A stretch of DNA of 64,000 nt from Octopus bimaculoides (taxonomy: Eukaryota): NCBI RefSeq assembly GCF_001194135.2, contig NC_068985.1, forward strand, positions 113,728,444 to 113,792,443, in the 5' to 3' direction. A model generated the notes under the pieces. The model saw only the letters and a program-made list of their open reading frames with translations. It ran no database searches and was not told where the DNA came from. Positions within the stretch are counted from its first letter, which is position 1; every line of letters starts with the position of its first letter. Below are positions 25,761-38,986 of the stretch, piece by piece. The position numbers were made by a program, and so were the translations under genes.

Positions 25761-28556
25761 GAGAAATTCTCATACATCTTGTAGCTGATTCAAATCAAAA
25801 TATTTTTGAAAGAGAAAAGAAAAATGCTAATTTGGAAGTAATGGATGGATAACCCATGATATAGAGGAGGGGTTGCAAATGGCAGTATGTTTTTATAATT
25901 GCTTTCTTGTTTCTTAAATTAAGAGATGTTTGGTGAGAAAAAAGTCTAACAGAACAGCTTTTTAAAATGAAAACGCACACACAAAAAAAAAAAAAACAAC
26001 ATTTGTCTAGAATTCACCTGCTGTTTTACTCCAAATGTGTGTATTTGCTGGTTTTAACGAATGGAATGGAAGAAAAAGTTCAACAAGAGAAGGAAAAGCC
26101 AGTGTGTTGTGGGGAGGGTGTTTGAGGGGGAATGGTATTTAGTTTTGAAGCTCAGAGGAAGTGGAACCAGTGAAGATGTTGTAGAAGACAGAAAAAGCAT
26201 AAGATTCAGCATATTACTGAGTGAAAGTTTGCCGATCGATCAAACGATCTGATTTTTGACTGATTAGCAAACAACCACTTGCCAACAGAGAGAGATAGCT
26301 GTGTGATTAACATTTAAAAAGAAGCACTGAGCATTTCAGCATATGTGTGTATGTACATTATCTATCTATCTATCTATCTATCTATATATATATATATATC
26401 TATATATATATATCATTACCAACATTTAATGTCCGTTGCCCATGCTGGCATGGGTTGCACGGTTTGACCAGGGCTGGTACGCTGAGGGGCTGCACAAGAC
26501 TCCAGTCTGATTTGGCATGGTTATCATGGCTGGATGCCCTTCCTAATGCCAACCACTCCGAGAGTGTAATGGGCGCTTTTACATGCCACTGGCATGAATG
26601 CCAGTTGCATGATACCAGTATCTGCTGTAACTATGACTTCATTTGGCTTGATGGGTCCAACATGATATATTGATGCTCCAGCATGGCATATTACCAAAAG
26701 GTCTCGGTTATTTGTCATTGCTTACAATGGTGGGATTTGAACTCAGAACATAAAGAGCTGGAGGAAATGTCAGTAAGCATTCTGTCCAGGACAGTGATGA
26801 TTCTATCAGCTTGGTGCTACTGTTGCTGCTGCTGCTGATCATATTGACCCCCAGTATTCAGCTGGTACTTATTTTGTCAACCCCAGAAAGATGAAAGGTA
26901 AAGTCGACTTCAGTGGGATTTGAACTCAGAACATAAAGACAGGCAAAATGCCGCTAAGCATTTCGACCGATAATTGAAAGAAAGATTAAGAGACGAAACA
27001 AGAATAAAAATGAGTATAAAATACAGAGAGAAAGAGAGGGAGGAGAGAGAGAGAGTGAGAGTGGCCACGTAGTAATGTTTGTGGGTGGGAGGAAATGAAT
27101 TTTTTTTTTTTTTTTTAAGAAGATTTAGAAAACTTAAAAACTTGGATTAGGTTACTTGAACTGAAGGATTAAGATTTTGTGAGAAAGTACTATTTAATTA
27201 AGATAAGGACATCGCACATACACACAGTAAAAAAAAAAGAAGGAAGGAAGGAAGGAAGAAGAGGAAATACTAATTATATCTTGTAATAGTCTTAATGGCA
27301 CCAAAGTTCTAGAGTAGAATAATAGTGCTAACTGACCTTAGAAGTAAGCGTGGATGGAAGACAGGGTAGATTGTGAAATGCGTTGCAGTAATAATAGTGT
27401 GTAAGCTGGGCTGTCTTGTTTCCTACACTTCTAAACCACATTTTATTTTTAATCCTTTAGAATAATGGTTTTCTTTTGTGTATGCCCTACCCTTAAAGCC
27501 ATTCTAAGTAGATTCTACATCCCTTCAATTTTAATGCAAAACTTTATCAATCCACAAGCAATGCATTATTGGTTTGGTTAAAACCAGCAAGTCTTTAATT
27601 AATACAATGCCTAAGTCATTTAGAAATAGCAACCAAATCTGTTTCACATCATATTCTACCATGTTAAAAAACAAAGGATATCATTAATAATAATAATCAT
27701 CATCATTGGTTTTAACATCTACTTTCCCATGCTTGTATAGATCAGATGGTATTTGTTGAGGAGGATTTTCTATGGAAGAATACCTTTCCTGTCACCAACC
27801 CTCAACTGTTTCCAAGCAAGATAATATCTCTTTATACCACAGAATGCAGGAAACTGGTCTTGTTAGCCTATGGCTCAGGAAGGATTTTTGATCCTATTTC
27901 TTTTACCAGGTTTTGCTAGTTCATTCTTTCTTTCTAGGCTGTTGCACTCACAATCACTTGGTTGTGGGTTCAATTCCCTGACAGGGCAGTGCATTGTGTT
28001 CTTGAGCAAAACACTTAATTTCACATTGCCCCAGCCCCCCTTTAATCAGTGAAGGGATTATTGGCCTGCTTGCCCAGACAGTGGGGTGACATAATTTAAA
28101 GGTTAAAACAATGCAAAAGCGCATTGTGACCAGCGATGTGTAACAACATCTGATAGCCTGGTTGGTCATGTGATATATATGTAGATCTGGCACAAGATCA
28201 CCTTTGCAATGCCCTCTCCCCTCTTAAAGGATCTTTGTCTTGCAAGTTACTTGGTGACCCTTCCAGTGCTGGTGTCACATAAAAAAAAACATCCAGGCAA
28301 CACTATTAAGTGGTTGATGTTAGGAAGGGCATCCAACTGTAAAAACCATGCCAAAATTGACTTCACCTTTGTTCATATGGCATATAAAAAGCACTCAGTC
28401 CACTCTGTAGGGTGGTTGGTATAAGGAAGGGCATCCAACTGTAAAAACTAGGCCAAAACAGACACAGAAGTCTAGGGCAGTTTTCTGCTTGTCAAACTGT
28501 CCAACCTATGCCAGCATGGAAAGCGGACATTAAATGATGATGATGTTATATATATA

Positions 28557-28789
28557 CGAAAAAAAACAACAACAGACGAGGACAGGTGGTGTAAACAACA
28601 AAAGGATGTATTAGTATGACACTCGGGAATACGGAAAGTCTTTAACGTTTCTAGCTACGCTCTTCAACAGAAAGAATACAGATCGTTGACCAAACACCAT
28701 TCAATTTTTTTTCTCCGTGTTTTTCTCCATATTCTTTCTGTTGAAGAGCGTAGCTCGAAACGTTAAAGACTTTCCGTATTCCCGAGCGT
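28557..28789. mobile_element. Penelope-like element terminal repeat in inverted (tail-to-tail) arrangement, running into an assembly gap
   Basis: Arms 28621-28678 and 28730-28789 are reverse complements with few mismatches; each holds a hammerhead-like motif. Confidence 0.65.
28733..28769 (+). ncRNA. Minimal type I hammerhead-like ribozyme fold (variant core CUGUUGA)
   Basis: Stem I TCTTT/AAAGA; core CTGTTGA-A; stem II GAGC-gta-GCTC; GAAA; palindromic ACGT stem III; putative cleavage after 28764. Confidence 0.5.
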
Positions 28790-29123
28790 NNNNNNNNNNN
28801 NNNNNNNNNNNNNNNNNNNNNNNNNNNNNNNNNNNNNNNNNNNNNNNNNNNNNNNNNNNNNNNNNNNNNNNNNNNNNNNNNNNNNNNNNNNNNNNNNNNN
28901 NNNNNNNNNNNNNNNNNNNNNNNNNNNNNNNNNNNNNNNNNNNNNNNNNNNNNNNNNNNNNNNNNNNNNNNNNNNNNNNNNNNNNNNNNNNNNNNNNNNN
29001 NNNNNNNNNNNNNNNNNNNNNNNNNNNNNNNNNNNNNNNNNNNNNNNNNNNNNNNNNNNNNNNNNNNNNNNNNNNNNNNNNNNNNNNNNNNNNNNNNNNN
29101 NNNNNNNNNNNNNNNNNNNNNNN
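28790..29123. other. Assembly gap (largest; others at 1606-1666, 7308-7346, 14176-14253, 30587-30596, 36468-36567, 43633-43642)
   Basis: Runs of N. Confidence 0.98.
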
Positions 29124-29892
29124 TATTTATAGGAATAGTGAATAGATAGGAATAAAGTATCCAGGTGGGTACTGTTTGAGCACTCAGTTATAACCCAAAT
29201 TGTAGCCAACCACAACAAACTGTAAGGAACACTTAGGATTATTTGAGGTAGGAAACAATCTCAATGTATTTCATTCAAAGAGTAAACCCTGGGTTTTCTT
29301 CACTGGATTATGAATAGTTTACCAAGTGTTTATCCAAGACAGTTACAATGAATACTGAGATTAATACGCCGCCTGCATTTTTTGTTTTATTTCCGCAGTC
29401 AAATATGCAGCACATTTAAATCAAATGTGTTGTATAATTGATTATGGAAATAAAAAATATGCAGATGTATTACACTCAATATTTATTGTAATTATCTTAT
29501 AGCTATATATTCGGCTTTGCCTGGGAGTGGTATGTCTTTCAATGACTCACCAATATAGGAAAATCCCTTTCAGCACTCAATCAAATATGTTTAAATATAC
29601 CAAGTGTATAATTCAGAATAGAGCCAAAATCTTAGGTCCTGGTAGGGTATTTACAGAGAAGCACTGGACCTGAATACTGGGTTATCAACACTGCTGGGTT
29701 CCAGATCAATGCTGGAATTCTTCAAGTGTAGAAAATCCTGGTTTCATGACAGTCACACAGTAATGTGGGTCTGACAAAGAGTAAATTATAATCCAAATAA
29801 GAAGAAGACAAAGAAATTCTTTAATACATCGTTAATGATTCAAAGATGTGTTAAGTAATTTCTTTATCTTCTTGTTATTTGTATATCCTCCT

Positions 29893-30124
29893 CCTGACAG
29901 TAAATCAAAATTCTGTAAATGCTTAATATTCAATTTTATTTATTCCTTCCGGTTATGAATATTTAATAATTGAATGCTGTGAGTTAAAATCACTGTTTCG
30001 TTTTTTTATTTTTTTCAAAATTTGTATATTTATTACAGAAGTCTCAAATAAAATAATTGTTTGTTTTAATCTTGGAATTAAATGGTTTTGATTTACTGTC
30101 AGGTGACTTTTGGCCAACCCTGTA
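29893..30124. mobile_element. Tc1/mariner-like remnant
   Basis: Perfect 18-bp inverted repeats cctgacagtaaatcaaaa (29893-29910) and ttttgatttactgtcagg (30086-30103); right end ...ttggccaaccctg followed by TA; left terminus missing. Confidence 0.5.
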
Positions 30125-30552
30125 TATATAGTTCATAGATGAAATCCAGATATTCTCCATATAGAATACACTTAGTAGTGCTCAAGAGCTTTAAACTTGA
30201 GCGGGTATAGAAGTAAATGTAGAAAAAAGCAAGTTAGACAGATCAATATATAAAGTATATCAAATACAGGAAATACAAAAAATGTATAAAAAATACAGAA
30301 AATACACATAAAATACAGATGATATAGAAAATTAATGGGGCTGAGGAAAAGTATTATAAATCCAATAATACTTTTCTTCAACCCCTTTACTTCTCTATAT
30401 CCTCTGTATTTATGTAAGTTGGGCCTTTTTATATATAGACAGATATACATTTTTTGCATCTCATGTATTTAATATACTGATATATTGATCTGTCTAGCTT
30501 GCTTATTCCAACATTTACTTCTCTCTTTTTCTCTACATTATATATATATATG

Positions 30553-30583
<31 letters not shown>

Positions 30584-30596
30584 GTANNNNNNNNNN

Positions 30597-30635
<39 letters not shown>

Positions 30636-30659
30636 AGAGAGAGATACACACACACACAC

Positions 30660-30870
30660 ACAAAAGGGAGCTGAAAAGTTCCTGGCTTTGAGCAAAAGAA
30701 AATACAGGAGGATCAGTTAATTATGATTTTATTGAACATTTTCCCCTCTTAGATTCACTCAATGCTGTGGTCCTTCAGTTTTTCTAAGCCCTACAAAAGA
30801 ACTCAAAAGGGCTTCCAATCAGGCCTTTTGCGATACACTTAAAGCCAGGAACTTTTCAGCACTCCCTTGT
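30660..30870. mobile_element. mariner-type MITE (~210 bp)
   Basis: TIRs ..gggagctgaaaagttcctggcttt / aaagccaggaacttttcagcactcccttgt; second copy at 35151-35368. Confidence 0.75.
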
Positions 30871-31353
30871 GTGTGTGTGTGTGTGTATAAGTGCAGGTGA
30901 GGCAGTGTGGGTAACAAGTTTGCTTCCTAACCATGTGGTTTCCGTTTCCATTAAATTTGCCTGTCCCCTAAAAATACTTACATGATTCAATTAGACTTGC
31001 CAATCCCTTGAAAACTATTAGCATTGATTCTAGAAATTTTCCATTCCCCTAAAAATACTGATTTTATATCAATATTCAAAGCAGAAGAGTAAATCAATGA
31101 ATTTATTGTTATGTCATTATCCAGTTATGTCATTATCCATGTTTTTACATCTTAATTAACAGAGGATTGTGGGATATAATTCATTTCTCAGCAAGTGATT
31201 AGAAACATCACTGAGTGGTGTGTGTGTGTGTAATTGTATGAGATGAGTACATGCTCATATCTATATCTACCTACCTACCTACCTATCTATCCATCATCTC
31301 TTTCTCTCTCCTATATATGTGTATATGTGTGTTTGCGTGTGTGGGTATCTCAG

Positions 31354-31399
<46 letters not shown>

Positions 31400-32071
31400 C
31401 ACACACATATATATGGATATCAGCATATTTTTAAGTGTTTGTGTGTGTGTGTATTTATATATACACATAGCTACACATACATACCTGTGTGTGTATGTAT
31501 AAATATATGTGGGTGCATGCATGTGTGTGTGTGTGTAAATATATGTGGGTGCATGTGTGTGTGTGTGTGTGTGTATACATGAGCTAGTATGCTCAGAAAG
31601 TCATTGCAAAAGAGTGTACACATGCATAAAGAAATATAAACACACATACATACACATGTAAAAAAACCCCAAAGAAATTAAGATACAAAAGCAAAGAAAA
31701 AGATAATAGAATGAAATGACAAAGGAAGAAAAAAGTGATGAAAACAAAAGGAAAGAAAAGAGTGAAAGAGTTTATAGAATGAGACAGGAACTTTTTCTGA
31801 AAGGAAAATTTTGGTGAATTGTGGCAATTAGAGAAATTTTATAGTTTAATATGGAGTGTGTGTGTGTGTGTGTGGAGGGGGTGAGTGGGATGGTAAAGTG
31901 GGATTTTTGAGAGGGGAGGTGACACACTACATGAGTAGGAGTAGTAGAAGCGGTGGTGGTGGTGAAGAAAAGGAGAGAGGTAACAGGGAAGAAAAAAGGA
32001 TACAGAAAAGAGATGAAGATTGAAAATGTGAGAAGAGAAGTTGAGAAAGCTGGGAAGATAAGAAGAAATAT

Positions 32072-32105
<34 letters not shown>

Positions 32106-32274
32106 GGAAGATAGACAGGAGAGTGACAAGGGGAGACACAGAGAGGAGTTAGAATGAGTGTAGAAAGTACCATCTCTGTTCACAGGTTAAACAAGAAGGA
32201 GCAAGGTTCAATTCTAACACCTGGCAACAAAGCTTAAAGGGGTTCTGTCCAGTTGAGAGATATCTTTTTGGTTC

Positions 32275-32426
32275 ATCATCATCATCATCGTTTAACGTCC
32301 GCTTTCCATGCTAGCATGGGTTGGACGATTTGACTGAGGACTGGTGAAACCGGATGGCAACACCAGGCTCCAATCTAAATTCGGTAGAGTTTCTACAGCT
32401 GGATGCCCTTCCTAACGCCAACCACG
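32275..32426 (-). mobile_element. Family C RTE-tail element, 5'-truncated
   Basis: (cat)n cgtttaacgtccgctttccatgctagcatggg...ggatgcccttcctaacgccaaccac. Confidence 0.8.
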
Positions 32427-33076
32427 AAATATAGAGAAATAGTATAATATAAAAAATGTAGTAGTTGTAACAGTAGCAATGGTGGTGACATAGTAGTAGT
32501 AGTAGTAGCAGCAGCAGCAATAGTAGTTGTAGTAGCAAAACAACCAATGATGATGTAGTTAAAAGGATACCCTCTTTGTAGTAATATTCTTAAAATTACA
32601 AAATTAGCCACACTAATGACAGTATCAGTAAATAATAATATTGCTTAATATGGAAACACACACACACACACAAATTACATGATCATCTTTATTGTTTAAT
32701 GTGTGTCTCCCATGCTGGCATGGGTTGGAGGCTTTGACAGAAGCTGGCAAACCAGATGACTGCACCAAACTCTACTGTGTTCTTTGCCATAACTTCCATG
32801 GCTGGATGCTCTTCCTAACACCAGCCAGTTTATAGAGTACATTAGGTACTTTTTTTACATGGCACCAACACCAGTGAGGTCACCAAGTAACTTGCAAGGC
32901 AAGACCCCCTCAACTAAGTGGGGAGTAGTACTGAGTGGAGTGGCTTTGTGCCAAGTGTTGAAAAGGTAGAATATGAAAGAGGGACAGAAACAGGAAATTT
33001 GCTGAAGATCTCTAGCTACCTCTGTCAGAAAAGAGAGGAGAGACAAAAAATGCACAAAATAATAAAATGTACTTAC

Positions 33077-33185
33077 AGCATTTCCAAGAACAATGTCTGA
33101 ACTGTTTTTCGTCTTGTTTGTGGTGCATAAATGTTCTTTGATGCACCAATTACAAGGAAACTTGCTCTGGATACAATGCATGCAA
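33077..33185 (-). CDS. Plexin exon, PSI domain core: (S)CMHCIQSKFPCNWCIKEHLCTTNKTKNSSDIVLGNA
   Basis: Minus strand reads tttttcgtttcag|T TGC ATG CAT TGT...GGA AAT GCT|gtaagt. 109 nt, phase 2 in, phase 0 out. CxxC-x5-CxWC-x5-C spacing matches the second plexin PSI domain. Confidence 0.9.
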
Positions 33186-33563
33186 CTGAAACGAAAAAGG
33201 AGACTTATGTAGAACAATATTTCATAATATGGAAAAATAGAATACCCTGTATTCAAGGTAGCCATAATTAATTTTTTTTGCTTCTTTTTTTTTTTAGGGA
33301 GGGTGTATAACAAGTTTACACAAACAAAACAGAGTAATAATTGTTCAAAAGTGAGATCAGTTCTGGTGCTGTTCTGTTATCTCTGCCAACACCACAATCT
33401 AATATCAAATCTGAGACAGGGGACCCCAAACTTTTCGTATCATTGATCCCTTTCTGTGGAACCATTGATAACTAATTGACACCCCGTTATGTAAATTTCT
33501 GTAAGAAAATTAAGAAGTATAACAAAAAATTCCTTGACTTAAGAGTAATTATTCCTCAATTTA

Positions 33564-33943
33564 TAGGCGCAGGAGTGGCTGTGTGGTAAGTAGCTTGCAT
33601 ACCAATCACATGGTTCCGGGTTCAGGCCCACTGCGTGGCACTTTGGGTAAGTGTCTTCTACTATACTCTCGGGTCGACCAAAGCCTTGTGAGTGGATTTG
33701 GTAGATGGAATCTGAAAGAAGCTTGTCGTATATATGTATATGTATATATATATGTGTGTTTGTGTGTCTGTGTTTGTCCCCGCAACATCGCTTGACAACC
33801 GATGGTGGTGTGTTTACGTTCCCGTAATCTAGCGGTTCGGCAAAAGAGACCGATAGAATAAGTACTAGGCTTCCAAAGAATAAGTCCTGGGGTCGATTTG
33901 CTCGACTAAAAGGTGGTGCTCCAGCATGGCCAAGTAAAAGAGT
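33564..33943 (+). mobile_element. SINE family A, low divergence, ~380 bp from the plexin exon acceptor
   Basis: taggcgcaggagtggctgtgtgg (A box) ... gggttcagg (B-box-like) ... ggtggtgctccagcatggccaagtaaaagag; small deletion near the tail. Confidence 0.9.
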
Positions 33944-35150
33944 AATTCTTTTGTATTCATTACTGCATTTTAATATGAAATACTTTAAGAAACTTAATGA
34001 AAATACTTAACAGAATTGATAAAGAATAATAAAAATTCATTTATATTATATTCATATTGTTGAAATATATAATATTTATTGACCCCTGGATAACCATATA
34101 AACATGGCCTCTCCCTACCCAGCAGTCAATACTAACCTTTTTGCTGACCCTTGAACAAGGATCAACTTTAGGTTCAATCCCTCTGGCAGTAAATAAAGTA
34201 AGATGAACAGCAACAGCCTATTAGGTCTGAGTTATTGGACAATATAGCAACTTTACAACAACTGGCTTTGTACCTAATTAACCCCTTTGTTACTATATTT
34301 CTGTTGAAATACACTGTCTTTGTTTCAAATAATTCTTTGAAAGAATGAGAATATCTTTGTCATTAGTAATCTCTACATAATAATCGCCTATATAAATGTT
34401 GGTTGGTTGGTAGGTTGGAAGAATTCTCCAGATGAATTTACATCACAAAGAGAAAAGGGGAGAAAGAGTAAAAACGAGATACAGGATAAGTGCATACACT
34501 AGGCTCGATGAAAGAGGGAAAGGCATAACTCCAGTTTGATGTCATACTACCTATTTTGATTCTTATAACTTTCAAAACATCACACATTTTTTTGAAATGA
34601 AATTATGCTAAGATAGATTTTCAACAGAGTAGATTGCATATGTTGATAAAATTTACAAAACTTGTCTCCCATATTTATTGCAATTATACAAACGAGAAAT
34701 TTGTTTTATTTAATTTTAAGTAATAAATATTTTTCTTTTGAAAATTAGTATTCATTTCATCAATTTGCATAAGCATCCAGAAATTTAATAAAAGTTAAAT
34801 AATAATTATTGTATGTCATATTTCTTGATATTACCCAAGATGGAAAAGCATACTTCTTAAGTTACCATTTATATGATAGGTAACACTCTAATTAGTAAAA
34901 TAATTTTGTCATCACTGAGCAAGTTTGGAACATAAATTAACCAGAAATATTGGTGGAATGTCTTAATTTGAATCACTTTAAAACAAGACGTTTGTATCAC
35001 AATATCAGGAATGCTCTCAGATGAGTGGCTAGCAAAAAAAAAAAAAAAAAAAAAAAAAGGTCTAGTTGGTACCATGATCAAGGAAGATGGAAGCAGGAGC
35101 AACACAGTGAATCAGATCTCTCTCTCACTCTCATACATACACACACACAC

Positions 35151-35368
35151 ACGAGGGGGTGTTGAAAAGTTCTTGGTTTTGGGCAAGAGAAAATACAGGA
35201 GTATCAGTTAATTATCATTTTATTCAACATATTCCCCTCTCAGATTCACACACTTATTGCAGCAGTCCTTCAGTTTTTCTAAGCCTTGTAAAAGAACTCA
35301 GAAGGTTGGGCCTCCAGCCAAGCCTTTCACAAAACCCTTAAATCCAGATTTCCAGCACTTCCTTGTGT
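35151..35368. mobile_element. mariner-type MITE, second copy
   Basis: acgagggggtgttgaaaagttc... colinear with 30660-30870. Confidence 0.75.
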
Positions 35369-35454
35369 ACATATATACGTACATACATATAAAATGATAT
35401 TGTTTTGATAACAAATAAAAATAACTACTATGGCTTTGTATAAATTCATATTTA

Positions 35455-35840
35455 TGTAGGCACAGGTAAGGCTGTGTGGTTAAGAAGCTTGCTTTGCAGT
35501 CATGTGGTTTCAGGTTCAGTCCCACAGTGCAACACCTTGGGCAAATGACTTCTACTGCAACCCTGGACCAACCAATGCTTTATGAATGAATTTCATAAGT
35601 GGATACCATGTGGAAGCCTGTTCTGTGTGTGCTTGTGTGTGTGCTCGCATGCATGCCTGTCTGTTTGTCCACCACCATTGCTTAACAACTGGCGTTGGTT
35701 TATTTACATCCCCATAATTTTGCAGTTCAGCAAAAGTAATGAACAAAACAAGTAGCAAACTTTAATAAAAAAAAAAAAGGTTGACATGATTGACTAAAAT
35801 CCTTTAAGGTGGCGCTCCAGCATGAAAAAAGTAAAACGTA
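35455..35840 (+). mobile_element. SINE family A, diverged
   Basis: Colinear with 33564-33943. Confidence 0.75.
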
Positions 35841-37933
35841 AGCAAATAATGATTTCAAATTTTGGTTCAGGGCCAAAGACTCTCCATTGTCTTTGAGTGA
35901 CGATGGAGAGTCAATTAAATCGACCCCCTGTACTTGATTGATCCCAAAAGAATGAAAGGTAAAAATCAAACATGGTGGAATTTGAATTCAGAACTTTAAA
36001 GATAAACAAATAATGCAGCTAAACATCTTGACTGAGGTACTCCACAGTATAGAAGAAGCTGGATAAAAGTATTGTAAATACAAGCACAAATGAGAATGTG
36101 AGGGGCAAGATAACTTATAAACAAGAATAAAAGAATGAATGAATAGATTCTCTGACAGAAATATGGAACATTTTGATAATGCACAAGATGGATGGCACAT
36201 GAAATAAAAATGAAATGTCTTGTATTATGATCTTCAGTAAAACATGACTTATCAGCAATGTCTCTCTCTATGTCTTCACCATCATCATCATGAACACCAA
36301 CACCACCACCACCACATTCACTTAACAGGTTATTTGTACTAGTGAGTTTGTTCACTTCATACATATATATATAAATGTGTCTGTGCTTATATACACACAT
36401 ATATATATATGTATGTCCATATATATATATATATATATATGGACATATATATATATATATATATATANNNNNNNNNNNNNNNNNNNNNNNNNNNNNNNNN
36501 NNNNNNNNNNNNNNNNNNNNNNNNNNNNNNNNNNNNNNNNNNNNNNNNNNNNNNNNNNNNNNNNNNNTATATAAATGTGTCTGTGCTTATATACACACAC
36601 ACATATATATGGACATATATATAGATACATACATACATACACACACGTATATACTTACATATGTCCACACACACATGTGCATACATATAATGTACACACA
36701 TGTATATACATACATATAATGTATACACACGTATGTACATACATACATGTAACATATATATATATACACACATACACATATATATATACACATGTGCATA
36801 CACACACACACATGCACACACAAACACCCACACATGGCTATTATTTGCTGAATTGATAATAAATGCCATTTTAATGTCTGTTGTTACCTTCCTTATTATA
36901 AATATTGACTTTTGCCATTTATGCTTAATGAGAACAACAATACCAAAAACTCACTTTAATGACACATATTAAAAATTACAGAAATAACAAAGAGTATAAT
37001 CTTGACAATGGCTCAGAGTAAAAGTCCAGAAAGAAGGTTAAGAAGTACTCCAAGACAATTCTGCAGCAGAATAAATAAAGACTTCACTTTTCTTAGCAAC
37101 CTACCTGAGACTATTTCTACCAACAAGTTCAAATCTAAACCATTAACATTCATATTACAATCAAATGTAATGTTAATTTTTTGTGTATTGTTTCGGATCA
37201 ATCATGCATGAATTGATCTTGTAACTTCAAGATTTCTGTGATGTGATTGTTTATTTTTAGAATGAAATTGTGGGGTAGGTGTGAGAGGCCAAATCTGGTT
37301 TGTTTGAACATAAAACAGGTAGAATATTTAGATATGGTTGGTTTAAGATATATGAATGTACACCATGCCAAGAAACTCAAACAAGGGCAGCAAAATCAAA
37401 CTCCCTCATTTGCCAAAATCTAACCACATAGGAATGGCCATTGAAAAGGTGATGATATTAGTGGTGCCTCAGCATGGCCACAGCCTTTGGGTTAAAACAC
37501 ATGAAAGAATACAGTATGCTTCCACCCACTTTCTGTCTACCAAATTCACTCACAAATAATTAGTTGGCATGAGACTATAGTAGATGACACATGGCCAGGA
37601 TGCTGTGGAATGGGACTGAACCCAAAACCACGTGGTTGCAAAGCAACCTTTTTAACCATACAGCCATGCCTATACCTATTTACCAAGAATAAGATTAAGT
37701 ATCATAGGTGCATATATGGTTGTGTGTTCATCAGTAAATGCACATCATCATCATCATAGGCGTCATCATAAACTTCATTTGATGTCCATTGTTTCATGCT
37801 AGCATGGGTTGCATGCAGACCTAACTAAAGAAGATAAGCAGATGGACAATTAGAAAGATGGGCAGAAGATAAGATAGAAAGACAAGGTTAGATAGAATGA
37901 CAGAAGTTAGATTAAATAAAAGACACAAAGATA

Positions 37934-37978
<45 letters not shown>

Positions 37979-38673
37979 TCCAAAAAGTAAAAGGAGAAAA
38001 AGAAGAAAACTGCAGAAGTATAAAAAAAAAATCCCTACAGAGAAATCTGCAATTTCACTATAATTGATACTAGCAGTTTTCAAGAAGCTGATTGGTTAAT
38101 TCAGTGAAAAGTAACCAATCATAGCACTCTACTATGATTGGTTAATTCCAAAGCAACACAAAGACAATGGATCATTACTTCAAGAGTTTTGTTATAGCTA
38201 CCGATTACACAGGCGGATCCACACACACACACATATATATCTATATATCTATATGCACAAGTATGTATGTGTGTATATACACATGCACACACATACACAG
38301 GTATCAATGTGTGCTTTAACCCCCCTAAGGCAAGGTGCATTACTTAGTTTAGCTCAGTAATCTTAGCTGTGAAATAACTACCATTCTCACTTTACGGATG
38401 AGCAATTTTGGCAGTAAAAATAAATGCACCCACGTGTAAAAGGAAGAAAACAAAAAAGAAAAACGATAAAAAAAAACTATTTGAAAAAGAGGAAACAAAT
38501 AAACACACACACACACACACAAAAAACACACAAAAATCCCCCAAAACAATAATACTCCAATGATCTGCGTAAATATATAAATTGTAGAGAGATTTGACAT
38601 TGTGTGGCTAACACAGCTGTAAATGTAAATCATTGTATGTATGCATGTATGTGTGTGTGTGTGAGAGAGAGAA

Positions 38674-38706
<33 letters not shown>

Positions 38707-38711
38707 AAGAA

Positions 38712-38744
<33 letters not shown>

Positions 38745-38872
38745 AAGAGAGAGTTTAAATCTGCAGGCAGGTGTGTATGTGTATCTACACATGTATAGGT
38801 GTATAAGTACATGTGTGTTCAAGTGTTTTAAATGCATGCGTAAATGTGTTAATGTGTGTTTATCTATGTATG

Positions 38873-38986
<114 letters not shown>

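Noticed and set aside
29551-29770. Minus-strand segment with a good acceptor (ctctttgtcag) and donor (TG|gtgagt)
   Set aside because: Stops in all three frames, 220 nt, no plexin similarity. It could only be a poison exon, which needs RNA evidence.
34137-34182. 46-nt candidate exon ending AG|gttagt
   Set aside because: The phase could fit, but the peptide GLNLKLILVQGSAK has no plexin features.
37105-37200. ORF containing ITFDCN followed by CAG|gtaggt
   Set aside because: Wrong exit phase for the PSI exon, no acceptor, and adjacent sequence is MITE-derived.
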